DNA of 64,000 nucleotides, from positions 199,258 through 263,257 of the forward strand of contig JAUJNQ010000001.1 of assembly GCA_030448025.1 (NCBI GenBank), in the 5' to 3' direction. The translations under genes and the position numbers were made by a program. The first letter of the stretch is position 1, and every line of letters begins with the position of its first letter. The notes beneath the pieces were generated by a model. It was not told the origin of the DNA, did not search any database, and saw only the letters and a program-made list of their open reading frames with translations. Shown here piece by piece: positions 37,574 to 46,160 of this stretch. The DNA is from Acidimicrobiales bacterium. Its GTDB lineage: Bacteria > Actinomycetota > Acidimicrobiia > Acidimicrobiales > GCA-2861595.

Positions 37574-38755
37574 GTGGCTACTGAACGTCGCGGGAGTCGG
37601 TGGACTGACCGGCGGCTAGCGCTGGCTCTCCCTACGCGCCGCCGTTGTTGTCGTCCCCGCCCTCTCATCCTTGTGGTGGCAGTCGCGTTCTTGGCAGCGG
37701 CGTGTTCCGACGCTGAACCGCCCAGCTCCACCCAGGACTCTGCCGACCGACCGGGTCCGATCACCCTCACGGACCAACGAGGCGCCGTCGTCCGCCTCGA
37801 CGACCCCGCCCGTCGTATCGTCACCGTCCCGATGCCGGCGGCCTCGATGCTCATCGCTCTGGACGGCAGCGCCGACCGCCTGGCTGCCATACACGCCGGC
37901 TCAGCCTCCGCCATCCGAAAGGAGCTGCTGGGCGAGCTGTTCCCCGGGGCGGCCAACCTCCCCTCCGACATCGCCAACGAGAGCTTTGCCCCCAACGTCG
38001 AGAGCATCACCAAGGTCAGCCCCGACCTCGTGGTCCAGTGGGGCGACCGCGGCAGCGAAGTCATCGCCCCCCTGGAGAATGCCGGTTTCAAGGTCGTCGG
38101 GCTCAAGTACGGGACCCAGGAGGACCTCGAGGCCTGGATCCGCCTCTTCGGAGAGGCAATCGGGAAGCCAGAGCGGGCCAACGCCCTATTGGATTGGCAT
38201 CACGACGCCCTGGGCGAGGTGAAGGCGAAGGCGACACAGGTGTCGGGGCAGCGACCCAAGGTGCTCTACTTCAACCGGCTGAAGAGCGAGCTGCGGGTCG
38301 GCGGGACGGGGACCTACAACGACTTCTACATCAACTTGGTGGGCGCCCAGAACGCTGCGGCCGAGGTCAAGGGCTTCGCACCGGTGAACGCCGAGCAGGT
38401 GGCCAGGTGGAACCCCGACATCATCCTCGTGGGCAACTTCGACCCCGGGACTCCGACCGATGTGTACGCCAATCCGGCCTGGAAGGACCTGTCGGCGGTG
38501 AAGGCCAAGCGGGTCTACCAGGTGCCGATCGGCGGCTACCGCTGGGACCCGCCCAATCAGGAGTCACCCCTCATGTGGCGGTGGCTGGCCGAGCTCACCC
38601 ATCCCAACACCTTTGACTTCAAGCTCCGGGAGGAGATGAAGGCCCGCTACCGCTTCCTGTATGGGGCCGAGCTGGCCGACGCTCAGATAGACCGCATCCT
38701 GCGGACGGACCAGAACTCCGGCGCCGCCGGCTATGACCGCGCCGCCAAGGACTGA
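37574..38755 (+). CDS. ABC transporter substrate-binding lipoprotein, siderophore/cobalamin (FecB/BtuF, cluster A-2) type
   Basis: Lipobox FLAAAC|SDA. IVTVPMPAASMLIALDG...PDLVVQWG...PDIILVGNF layout. GTG start is uncertain. Confidence 0.75.
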   Translation: MATERRGSRWTDRRLALALPTRRRCCRPRPLILVVAVAFLAAACSDAEPPSSTQDSADRPGPITLTDQRGAVVRLDDPARRIVTVPMPAASMLIALDGSADRLAAIHAGSASAIRKELLGELFPGAANLPSDIANESFAPNVESITKVSPDLVVQWGDRGSEVIAPLENAGFKVVGLKYGTQEDLEAWIRLFGEAIGKPERANALLDWHHDALGEVKAKATQVSGQRPKVLYFNRLKSELRVGGTGTYNDFYINLVGAQNAAAEVKGFAPVNAEQVARWNPDIILVGNFDPGTPTDVYANPAWKDLSAVKAKRVYQVPIGGYRWDPPNQESPLMWRWLAELTHPNTFDFKLREEMKARYRFLYGAELADAQIDRILRTDQNSGAAGYDRAAKD

Positions 38756-39863
38756 AGCTCGCCCCGCCGGCGAACAGTCCCCTCCTCCTGCCCCGGACCT
38801 CGCCGGCGCAGGCGCCACCACGGCGCCCCTGTCAGGCGAGCGTGGCCAGAGCCCGAGCCGGTTGGTGATGGTCGCCCTTCCCCTTCTGGTACTTGTCATC
38901 GCCGTTGTGGCCCTGGGGATGGGCCGCCTGTGGATCGCCCCGGTCAAGGTGGTGCGCATCCTTGTCGACAACGTGATCGGCCTGGGCCCGGACTGGAGCG
39001 ACACCGAGGCCAACGTCGTGGAGCGCCTCCGGGCCCCTCGGGTCGTGCTGTCGCTGCTCATCGGCGGCGGCCTGGCCTGCTGTGGGGCGGTGCTCCAAGG
39101 CGTGCTGCGCAATCCCCTGGTCGCCCCCCAGATCATCGGCGTCTCCTCAGGTGCCTCCTTCGGTGGGGCGCTGGCCATCGCCATGGGACTGGGAACTGCC
39201 CTTCTCGTGTGCGGCGCCTTCGTGTTCGGCCTGGCCGCTCTGCTGCTCGTCTTCTTGATGGGCCGGGTGGACGGCCGCACTCCCCTGCTCATGCTCGTGC
39301 TTTCCGGTGTGGTGGTCGCCGCCTTCTTCTCGGCCCTGGTGTCCGGCCTCACCTACGTCAGCGACCCCCAGCAGCGACTTCCCGCCATCGTCTTCTGGCT
39401 GCTGGGCAGCCTGGCCACCGCCAGCTGGGACAAGGTCGCGATAGCTGTGATGCCGATCGGGGCCGGCGTGGCCGTCATGATGGCCCTCCGGTGGCGGATC
39501 AACGTGTTGTCACTTGGCGACGAGGACGCCCAGGCCCTCGGTGTGCGGGTGGAGCTGCTGCGTTGGACGCTCTTGGTGGCCACCACCGTGGTCGTGGCCG
39601 GGGCGGTGGCCGTGACCGGAGTCATCGGCTGGGTGGGACTGGTGGTGGCCCACCTGGGCCGGATGCTGGTGGGCCCCGACCACCGGGTCCTGGTTCCGGT
39701 GTCGTTCCTGATCGGGGCCGGCTATCTCACTGCCATGGACACTGTGGCTCGCACGGTCATCGCCTCCGAGATCCCCATAGGGATCCTCACCGCCCTGGTC
39801 GGGGGCCCGGCCTTCTTCGCCCTGCTGCGCCGCACCAGGGGCCGGGGCTGGGTGGATGCCTGA
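38733..39863 (+). CDS. FecCD-family ABC permease
   Basis: 376 aa. RAPRVVLSLLIGGGLACCGAVLQGVLRNPLVAPQIIGVSSGA, and a C-terminal GILTALVGGPAFFALL. Confidence 0.85.
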   Translation: MTAPPRTEARPAGEQSPPPAPDLAGAGATTAPLSGERGQSPSRLVMVALPLLVLVIAVVALGMGRLWIAPVKVVRILVDNVIGLGPDWSDTEANVVERLRAPRVVLSLLIGGGLACCGAVLQGVLRNPLVAPQIIGVSSGASFGGALAIAMGLGTALLVCGAFVFGLAALLLVFLMGRVDGRTPLLMLVLSGVVVAAFFSALVSGLTYVSDPQQRLPAIVFWLLGSLATASWDKVAIAVMPIGAGVAVMMALRWRINVLSLGDEDAQALGVRVELLRWTLLVATTVVVAGAVAVTGVIGWVGLVVAHLGRMLVGPDHRVLVPVSFLIGAGYLTAMDTVARTVIASEIPIGILTALVGGPAFFALLRRTRGRGWVDA

Positions 39864-40656
39864 TCAGCTGGCCTCCCCCGAGAGCTTGGCCGGCCCCACG
39901 TCGGTCGACGCTCCCCTCCTCGAGCTGCGTGGACTCGGATTTCAACACAAGGGCCATCCGTGGCTTCTACGAAACGTTGAGCTGGACGTGAAAAGCGGGG
40001 ACCTCGTCGCCGTGCTGGCTCCCAACGGCCGGGGCAAGTCCACCCTGCTTCGCTGTGCCGCTGGCCTGGCCAAGCCAACCGAGGGGACGGTGGTCCGCCA
40101 CAGCGCCTTTGGCTACGTACCCCAGGCCCACCAGGTCGTGTTCGCCTTCTCGGCCCTCGACATGGTCTTGATGGGCCGAGCCCGCCATCTCGGCCCACTG
40201 TCGGCTCCTCGCCCTGTCGACCACGAGGTAGCGGCCAGAGCCCTGGCTCGGGTCGGTATGTCCCACCTCGCCCGGCGGGCGTACCCCTCGCTTTCGGGGG
40301 GCGAACAGCAGCTCGTGCTCATAGCCCGGGCCATTGCTTCCCAGGCTCGACTGCTCATCCTCGACGAGCCCGCCTCGGCCCTGGATCTGTCCAATCAGGC
40401 CATGGTGCTGGGCATGCTGGCTGACCTGGCCGCCGATGGCTGGGCTGTGTTGTTCTCGACCCACCAGCCCGAGCATGCTCAGGCCATTGCCACTCGAGTG
40501 GCCCTCCTGTACGGACCGGGAGACCTGCGGGTGGGCCCGACCGACGAGCTGATCGACGAGGCCAGCCTCTCCGAGCTCTACGGCATCCGGCTACGTCGGG
40601 TCAGCTTCAACGATGACGGCGCCGAGCGAGACCGCATCATCCCCCTCTATGGCTGA
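39856..40656 (+). CDS. ABC transporter ATP-binding protein (FepC/FecE/BtuD-like)
   Basis: APNGRGKSTLLR, LSGGEQQLVLIARAI, LILDEP. Confidence 0.85.
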   Translation: MPDQLASPESLAGPTSVDAPLLELRGLGFQHKGHPWLLRNVELDVKSGDLVAVLAPNGRGKSTLLRCAAGLAKPTEGTVVRHSAFGYVPQAHQVVFAFSALDMVLMGRARHLGPLSAPRPVDHEVAARALARVGMSHLARRAYPSLSGGEQQLVLIARAIASQARLLILDEPASALDLSNQAMVLGMLADLAADGWAVLFSTHQPEHAQAIATRVALLYGPGDLRVGPTDELIDEASLSELYGIRLRRVSFNDDGAERDRIIPLYG

Positions 40657-41236
40657 ACCGGTCGTTCTGCTCACCATGGGCGACGATCCGCGACTCTTGG
40701 ATCATCCGGCGGCGTGGGGGGTGCGGGCGCTGGACTGCTACGACCTGAGCCAGGCCGAGCTGGAGCAGGCCGCGGCCGTGCTGGTGGGCATGCACGCCGA
40801 CCAGCGACACTTGGCCGGCATGCGCCCCGTGCTCGAGACCTTCGTTGCCTCGGGCGGGCGCCTCGTGGTGTGCGGGCAGGTGGCCATCCCCTTCCTGGCC
40901 GGCCTGTGCAGGTTTTGTCCGCTCGTCGACTACCACCTCGAGGACCTCGAGGTGCACGCCGTTCGAGCACACCCCGTGTGGGCCGGAGTCAAGACCGAGG
41001 ACCTCACCCTGCGCCGGGGAGTGGCGGGCTTCTACGGGCGGGGATGGCACCAACCGCCGCCGGGGGCCGTTGTCATCAACGGGCTCGGCCCTCGTCGGCT
41101 GCCGGTGGACTTCGTCTACCGCATGGGAGCCGGGGAGGTGTTGGTGCACGGGGGCAACGACCTCTGGTCCTCGGACGAAGAGGGGAGCACCTCGGCTCGG
41201 CTCGTGCCCCAGCTGCTCGAGTGGGCGGCCCCATGA
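40649..41236 (+). CDS. uncharacterised protein, first of two tandem paralogs coupled to the ABC operon
   Basis: ATG 40649 overlaps the ATPase stop by 8 nt. 195 aa, soluble, with ..VLVGMHADQRHL...GGRLVVCGQ...HPVWAGVKTEDL...PPPGAVV. No recognisable family by eye (a GATase1/ThuA-like flavour only). Confidence 0.5.
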   Translation: MAEPVVLLTMGDDPRLLDHPAAWGVRALDCYDLSQAELEQAAAVLVGMHADQRHLAGMRPVLETFVASGGRLVVCGQVAIPFLAGLCRFCPLVDYHLEDLEVHAVRAHPVWAGVKTEDLTLRRGVAGFYGRGWHQPPPGAVVINGLGPRRLPVDFVYRMGAGEVLVHGGNDLWSSDEEGSTSARLVPQLLEWAAP

Positions 41237-41850
41237 CGCCTCGAAGAGCACGTGTGGGCCTAGTGACCGGTGGTGCCTCCTACCATGAGCGCACCCTGGC
41301 CGACTCCCCGTTTTCTGAGCGGATCACCCGGGGCTTGTATCTCCCCGCCTTGGCGATGGGCGACCTAGACGGGCTAGACGTGGTCGTCGTCTCGGACCGC
41401 CAGCATCCCGGTGTGCTGGTTCGCCACGCCCCGGCGCTCCTCGGGGTCGCCGAGCGGGGCGACACCCTGGTCGTGCTGGGCGAGAACCGCGCCCAGACCT
41501 GGGTTCCGGGCGCCAGATGGGAGGCCCGGCCCACCAACTTCTGGTGGTGGCTAGAGGGGCTCGACCCCGGAATCCGTCCCCGCAACGCGGAGCATCCCCT
41601 GTGGCGGACAGCGACGGCGGGCGACCTCACCTGGCACTTCCACGGCGTGCTCCATCCGCCTCCGGGCGCCACACCGCTGCTGGTCGCCGAGGGCCAGGGC
41701 GAAGACGGGGTGCTGCTGTATGAGGACGAGGTGTCGACGCCAGGGCGCCTTGTGGTCACAACCTTGGACCCCGTCTACCACCACGGCAGCAACTTCATGC
41801 CGGCCGCCACCCGGTGCCTGGATGCGCTCTTGTCGTGGTTGAGCGTGTGA
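41233..41850 (+). CDS. uncharacterised protein, second tandem paralog
   Basis: ATG overlaps the upstream stop (ATGA). 205 aa with ..VVVVSDRQHPGVL...GDTLVVLGE...HPLWRTATAGDL...PPPGATPLL, collinear with the previous protein. Confidence 0.5.
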   Translation: MTPRRARVGLVTGGASYHERTLADSPFSERITRGLYLPALAMGDLDGLDVVVVSDRQHPGVLVRHAPALLGVAERGDTLVVLGENRAQTWVPGARWEARPTNFWWWLEGLDPGIRPRNAEHPLWRTATAGDLTWHFHGVLHPPPGATPLLVAEGQGEDGVLLYEDEVSTPGRLVVTTLDPVYHHGSNFMPAATRCLDALLSWLSV

Positions 41851-42385
41851 AGCGAGGCGGTACCTCTGCGCCCCGGGGAGGTTGTGTCCAGGCCAGACCA
41901 AAACCGATGCGCGCCTGTGGGGCGGTCCCTGAAATCGGCGACGTGGTCCATCTTTATGAGCGCCGACTGCTCCGGCGTCTTCGTCATGTACGGGCTCGCC
42001 GGCTGGGAACCACTCACAGCCGGCGGAACGGTCAGCGACGCCGGACTTCAGATCTAGGCCATCGCTTAGCTCTCGTTGGCTGCTTCCCGGCGAGGTTCGA
42101 CTGCCAACGTATCGACGGTTATCTGGTGCAGTGCCCGTGGTCCCCGTGCGGCTCAGCGGGATCGCCGGGAAGGTGCCCGGGTACGGCACAAGTGCCGCAC
42201 GCCGGAACTGCATGGACTTGCCGGGGGTCCTTCAGACTGGCGCCTGAGCCGGTGACCACCACAGACCCTGCCGGGATGGTCCCGTGCGCTAGACCATCAA
42301 CATGCCTCGCGCAGATGAGCGCCGCATTGGTGTCAAGTTCAACTCGTCGGTACGCTTGGCTCGTCCTTAGTGAACGAGGTGCGAG

Positions 42386-42592
42386 ATGGCGGTGCGCCAC
42401 GACGATCTGAGTCCCGAGGAGCAGGCTCGGCAGCGCGCGCTCGACCGCTCGTGGAGAACGGCACAGGAGGCGCTGAGCGATCAGGAGTTCCGTGCTCGTC
42501 TTCAGGCGTCGATCGACCGCGTGAACCGCTCGAACATCACGCCCATCACCGGCGAGGAGTTCCTGGCGCAGACCGAGCCGTCAACGGAGTAG
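42386..42592 (+). CDS. small antitoxin-like protein
   Basis: 68 aa, charged and helical (LSPEEQARQRALDRSWRTAQEALSDQEFRARLQASIDRV). A degenerate toxin-like reading frame follows directly. Confidence 0.35.
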   Translation: MAVRHDDLSPEEQARQRALDRSWRTAQEALSDQEFRARLQASIDRVNRSNITPITGEEFLAQTEPSTE

Positions 42593-42866
42593 TGCCGCTT
42601 CGGGACGTCAGGGAGTTGCACGCCTGGCTCGAGCGAGAGACTCCAAGCAATTCAAGCCCTCAGCGTCGCCCGCACCTTCATTGCCGAGCTCGGAAACCGA
42701 CCGTGGCGTTGCCCCCAGCGTCCCGATCGCAGAACTCTCGAGCCCGCCGGAGTATGAGATCCGAACCGCCGCACTCGACGTCACGGGCGAGCCCGATGTT
42801 GTGATCTGGTGGCTGCACGACTACGCGACCGGAGACGTCGACCTCATCGCGATCACGAGTCGGTAG
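42590..42866 (+). pseudogene. RelE/ParE-like toxin remnant, frameshifted (tentative)
   Basis: Pieces PLRDVRELHAWLERE / ALSVARTFIAELGNRPW / ...EYEIRTAALDVTGEPDVVIWWLHDYATGDVDLIAIT lie in three frames. Confidence 0.3.
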
Positions 42867-43138
42867 CTCCGCCGCGGTAGTCGCGACCCGGTGAGCGAGT
42901 AGCCCTGGGAAGCGTCGCCAGACCCGTCCGAGCCGCGTGAGAGAAGCGCCCGTCGGGTCCCGGCCCACCCAGTACCGGCACCAGTGCTGCGCGAAGTAGC
43001 GCCGCGAGCCCCCGATACTTCGGGTATGGATTGCCCGGAGCCGGTTGGTTGCATCAGCCATCGGCCAAGCGGCGGCCGCGCCCCGACCACGGCGGGTTAC
43101 GCACACCGACATCACCCAAAGAGACGCCGCGGTGCGGC

Positions 43139-43621
43139 TTAGAGGCGAGTCAGCCTCACGATGGGAATGGGGCGATTCGTCTTGGCCTGGTAGCGGTCGT
43201 AGCGGCCGCGGTTGTTCTCGTTCACCAACTGCCATAGCCGTTGGTAGTCGTCATCGTCCCGCTCGACGACGGCTGCCACGGCCGGGAAGCGGTCGCGAGC
43301 GATCTGTGCCCCCACCTGCGGTCGAAATCGCACGTTGTGCAGCCAGCCGGGTGCTCGCTCGGCGCCGCCGAAAGAGCCAACCACCAGGTAGTCCTCCTCA
43401 TGGCGGGCGTACACCAACGACGATGTGCGGGCCTTCCCGGTGCGCCTGCCGGTCGTGCGAAGCAGCAGACAGGGGGCACCGAGAAGGCGATGCCCGACCC
43501 GCCCGTCGGTGACCACGTAGATGGCCTGATGGAGATGAAGAAGCTCGAGCGCAACGCGTGTTCCGAGGCGCACGAGGGGCTCCCTCAACCGACCGGCCTG
43601 GTGGAGTAGTCGCCGTGCCAT
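43139..43621 (-). CDS. deazaflavin(F420)-dependent nitroreductase family protein (Ddn/DUF385-like)
   Basis: ATG at 43621. LLLRTTGRRTGKARTSSLVYARHEEDYLVVGSFGGAERAPGWLHNV...YQRLWQLVNENNRGRYDRYQAKTNRPIPIVRL is the classic family signature. Confidence 0.8.
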   Translation of the reverse strand: MARRLLHQAGRLREPLVRLGTRVALELLHLHQAIYVVTDGRVGHRLLGAPCLLLRTTGRRTGKARTSSLVYARHEEDYLVVGSFGGAERAPGWLHNVRFRPQVGAQIARDRFPAVAAVVERDDDDYQRLWQLVNENNRGRYDRYQAKTNRPIPIVRLTRL

Positions 43622-43642
43622 CGGAACAAGCGTGCCAGCGCG

Positions 43643-44215
43643 GTGGAGGCCGAGGCCCGCTCGACGTCGCGCTCGGCGGTGTCTCGACGCTTCGTGGCCG
43701 CCACCGAGACGGCCCTGGCCGAGCTGATGAGCGCTGATCTGTCGGCGCTGGACCTGGTGGCGTTCATCGTCGACGGGGTGCACTTCGCCGGCCACTGCTG
43801 CGTGGTGGCGCTCGGCATCGACATCGACGGGACCAAGCATCCCCTCGCCGTCGAGGAGGGCTCAAGGGAGAACGCCACGCTGGTCCGGGACCGGCTGGTG
43901 GGGCTCAGGGATCCGGGGCCTTGCGTGAGCCGGCCATCCTCGTCGTCATCGACGGCTCCAAGGCGCTGGCCTCAGGGGCGAAGGAGGTCTTCGACCACCC
44001 CGTCATCCATCGTTGTCAACTCCACAAGGTCAGAAACGTCGAGGACAAAGCTGCCCGACGCCCTTGGCCGCCACGGTGGCCAAGAAGATGCGAGCCGCCT
44101 ACCGCGACCCCGATCCCCTCGGTGCCGAAGCGAGGCTGGAGGCGCTGGCCCGGGACCTGCACAAGTCCCATCCCGGCGCCGCTGCGTCGCTGCGAGTCGC
44201 TCTCGACGCCCACGT
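43643..44215 (+). mobile_element. IS256 (Mutator)-family transposase relic, 5'/3'-truncated and frameshifted
   Basis: RSAVSRRFVAATETALAELMSADLSALDLVAFIVDGVHFAGHCCVVALGIDIDGTKHPLAVEEGS, then ILVVIDGSKAL...FDHPVIHRCQLHKVRNVEDK, then ..MRAAYRDPDPLGAEARLEALARDLHKSHPGAAASL, in three frames. No terminal inverted repeats were seen. Confidence 0.75.
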
Positions 44216-44284
44216 CGCCAAGACCGTCACAGCCCCTGAGTACGATCCAAGAAGGAGGTGGCCGCATAGAAGTCATCGGGGCCG

Positions 44285-44548
44285 CTACCGAAGTTCCACG
44301 CCAAGTGGGACATCCTGGGCGTGGCCCAACCGGTAGAACGCGCGTTCGTCCAACTCCACGCTGTGCTTCGCTATGAGTGCGTCGAGGAGCTGATCGAGGA
44401 GCTGTCCGGCGAGCCGCGGGTGGACCGGCGGAAGATCGAGCCGAACCTGCACCATCTTCTCGAGGTATGCAAGGGCACGAGGGCGATCACAAGTGGCGAG
44501 CTCGGTTGACGTGAGCACGTCGAGCACAGTCTTCTCGTCGAACGCCAA
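44285..44548 (-). pseudogene. KAP-family P-loop NTPase C-terminal fragment (tentative)
   Basis: ALAYLEKMVQVRLDLPPV resembles the KAP NTPase fLeKiiQ.pf.lP motif. The fragment is only 87 aa with no P-loop. Confidence 0.35.
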
Positions 44549-44589
44549 CAGGTAGTAGACGTTCGGGAGCCTCCCGACGAGACGGACGG

Positions 44590-44897
44590 CGCGCGAGGCC
44601 CTAAGCCAAGACAGCGAGGGCGGTACGGTACTCGTGGCGACGGCCTCCTACCTCGGCGAAGGGTTCGACTGGCCGGCCCTTGACACGCTCTTCCTGGCCT
44701 TTCCCCTCGCCTGGAAGGGCAGGGTGGTCCAGTACGTCGGCCGGCTGCTGAGGGCTCACGAAGGCAAGCATGAGGTGCAGGTTCACGACTACGTGGACGT
44801 GCTTGTACCCGTACTGGCTCGCATGCACCAGAAACGGCTGGCGGGTTATGCCAACCTGGGCTTCGACGTCCGAGCAGCGCGCAAGCGGCTTCGCTAA
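44590..44897 (+). pseudogene. superfamily-2 (DEAD/DEAH, restriction-type) helicase C-terminal fragment
   Basis: VLVATASYLGEGFDWPALDTLFLAFPLAWKGRVVQYVGRLLR (helicase motifs V-VI). An in-frame stop lies just upstream at 44556, and the N-terminal domains are absent. Confidence 0.6.
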
Positions 44898-44922
44898 CGA
44901 CCCTCACCGGGAAAGCGTTCGG

Positions 44923-45282
44923 TCAGGGAAGCCAGAGCACCCAGTCAGATTCAGCCTCCGGCGGATCAGCCAGCAGTGTCTGGAGTGCGGCGATGAGCTT
45001 CTGCGGGTAGCCGCTGCTGCCACGGTGGTAACGCCTGGGAGAGGTGAAGACGACGCCGGCGTGATGCTCACCGGCTGCTGTCCAAGACCTGACCATGCGG
45101 TCGAAGTCCCTGGCGTTCTCGGTGACCAGTGCCCGTCCGTCTCGAGCTGCCGCCCGCAACAGCTCCTCATCCGACAGGGTGGCCAGCAGCCGGTCCTCGG
45201 CAGCCGCCGTCACGTCGGAGCCCTGGTCTCGAAGGCGCTCGGCGGTTCTGGGGGAGTGGTGCGTGTCGAGCAGCAGCTTCAC
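44923..45282 (-). CDS. DUF5615-family PIN-like toxin
   Basis: GTG at 45282 overlaps the antitoxin stop (GTGA). KLLLDTHHSPRTAERLRDQGSDV...LVTENARDFDRMV...HAGVVF. Confidence 0.65.
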   Translation of the reverse strand: MKLLLDTHHSPRTAERLRDQGSDVTAAAEDRLLATLSDEELLRAAARDGRALVTENARDFDRMVRSWTAAGEHHAGVVFTSPRRYHRGSSGYPQKLIAALQTLLADPPEAESDWVLWLP

Positions 45283-45773
45283 TTGGCCAGCAGGTCGTGC
45301 TGGCGGCGCCAAAGCGCTTCGGCATGGTCGGCGGCAACCAGGTTGGCTTGTACCTGAGCGTCGATCTCATCGGTGAACTCGGCGTAGTAGGCCAACACGG
45401 CGTCGACCTGCTCCCGGCGTAGTCCAAAGACCTCGACAGCTCGTTGGATTCGATCATCGGGGGACACGTCGCCGTCCACGAGCCCCGCCACCACCTCCCA
45501 CACGTCGGGACCGCCAACCAGGGCGGCACGTCGTCCGGTGGGCCCGTCGCGGAAACTGATCAGCGGATGACGGCGGGTCCGCAGCCCTTCGTCGATGAGC
45601 TCTTCGGCCAACGCCGAGGCTGACCGGTCCTGTGCACCGGCTTCCTCCTTGAGCCGCTCAGCAACGTCGTGGTTCCGAAACCGAAGCGACACAGGATGCG
45701 TCGTGACTACAAACGTAGTCACGGGTTGCGAGGGCGTCTGCCCGATGGACGTGCAACTACCCTCGATGACCAT
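45279..45773 (-). CDS. DUF433-type antitoxin-like protein
   Basis: PLISFRDGPTGRRAALVGGPDVWEVVAGL...VLAYYAEF resembles DUF433. Sits upstream of and overlaps the PIN-like gene. The start is uncertain. Confidence 0.55.
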   Translation of the reverse strand: MVIEGSCTSIGQTPSQPVTTFVVTTHPVSLRFRNHDVAERLKEEAGAQDRSASALAEELIDEGLRTRRHPLISFRDGPTGRRAALVGGPDVWEVVAGLVDGDVSPDDRIQRAVEVFGLRREQVDAVLAYYAEFTDEIDAQVQANLVAADHAEALWRRQHDLLAK

Positions 45774-46160
45774 GGCAGGCGAACCGGGAGCGAGTGGCTG
45801 AACACCCGGGAGGCCTCTCGCTGACTCGGTCTACCGGTTCGAACGGCCTATCAACTCATCGACGACGGAGAGCTCCCGCTTATTGATCGGGCTCTGCCCT
45901 CGCGCTGCGCTACGCCGACGTGGACGCCTACGGAGGCCGCCGCTCCGGCAGTGACGATCCGTCGAGCTCCTCGGCATGACCTCATTTACCACGGCAAGAC
46001 TCAATCATGCCGGGCGCGCAACTCGGGTTGGCGATCCGTCGGAGACCACATAGCGGGTGCGCTCCTGCCACTAAGGGCTCAAAATAAACGCTAAAGGTGA
46101 CCGTCGTAGCGGCCGATACGTCAGAACAGGGACCGGACCGAGCGGAGAGGCGGGTGGTGA

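Noticed and set aside
41851-42385. Coding potential in the lower-GC gap after the tandem paralogs (ORFs 41551..42213 -, 41775..42017 -, 42119..42400 -)
   Set aside because: No motifs, poor codon bias and mutually overlapping frames. These are probably degraded sequence flanking the TA remnant.
45781-46160. tRNA or other small RNA suggested by GGTTCGAAC at about 45836 in a lower-GC gap
   Set aside because: No acceptor stem, anticodon arm or complete T-arm could be folded around it. It appears to be plain intergenic or decayed DNA.
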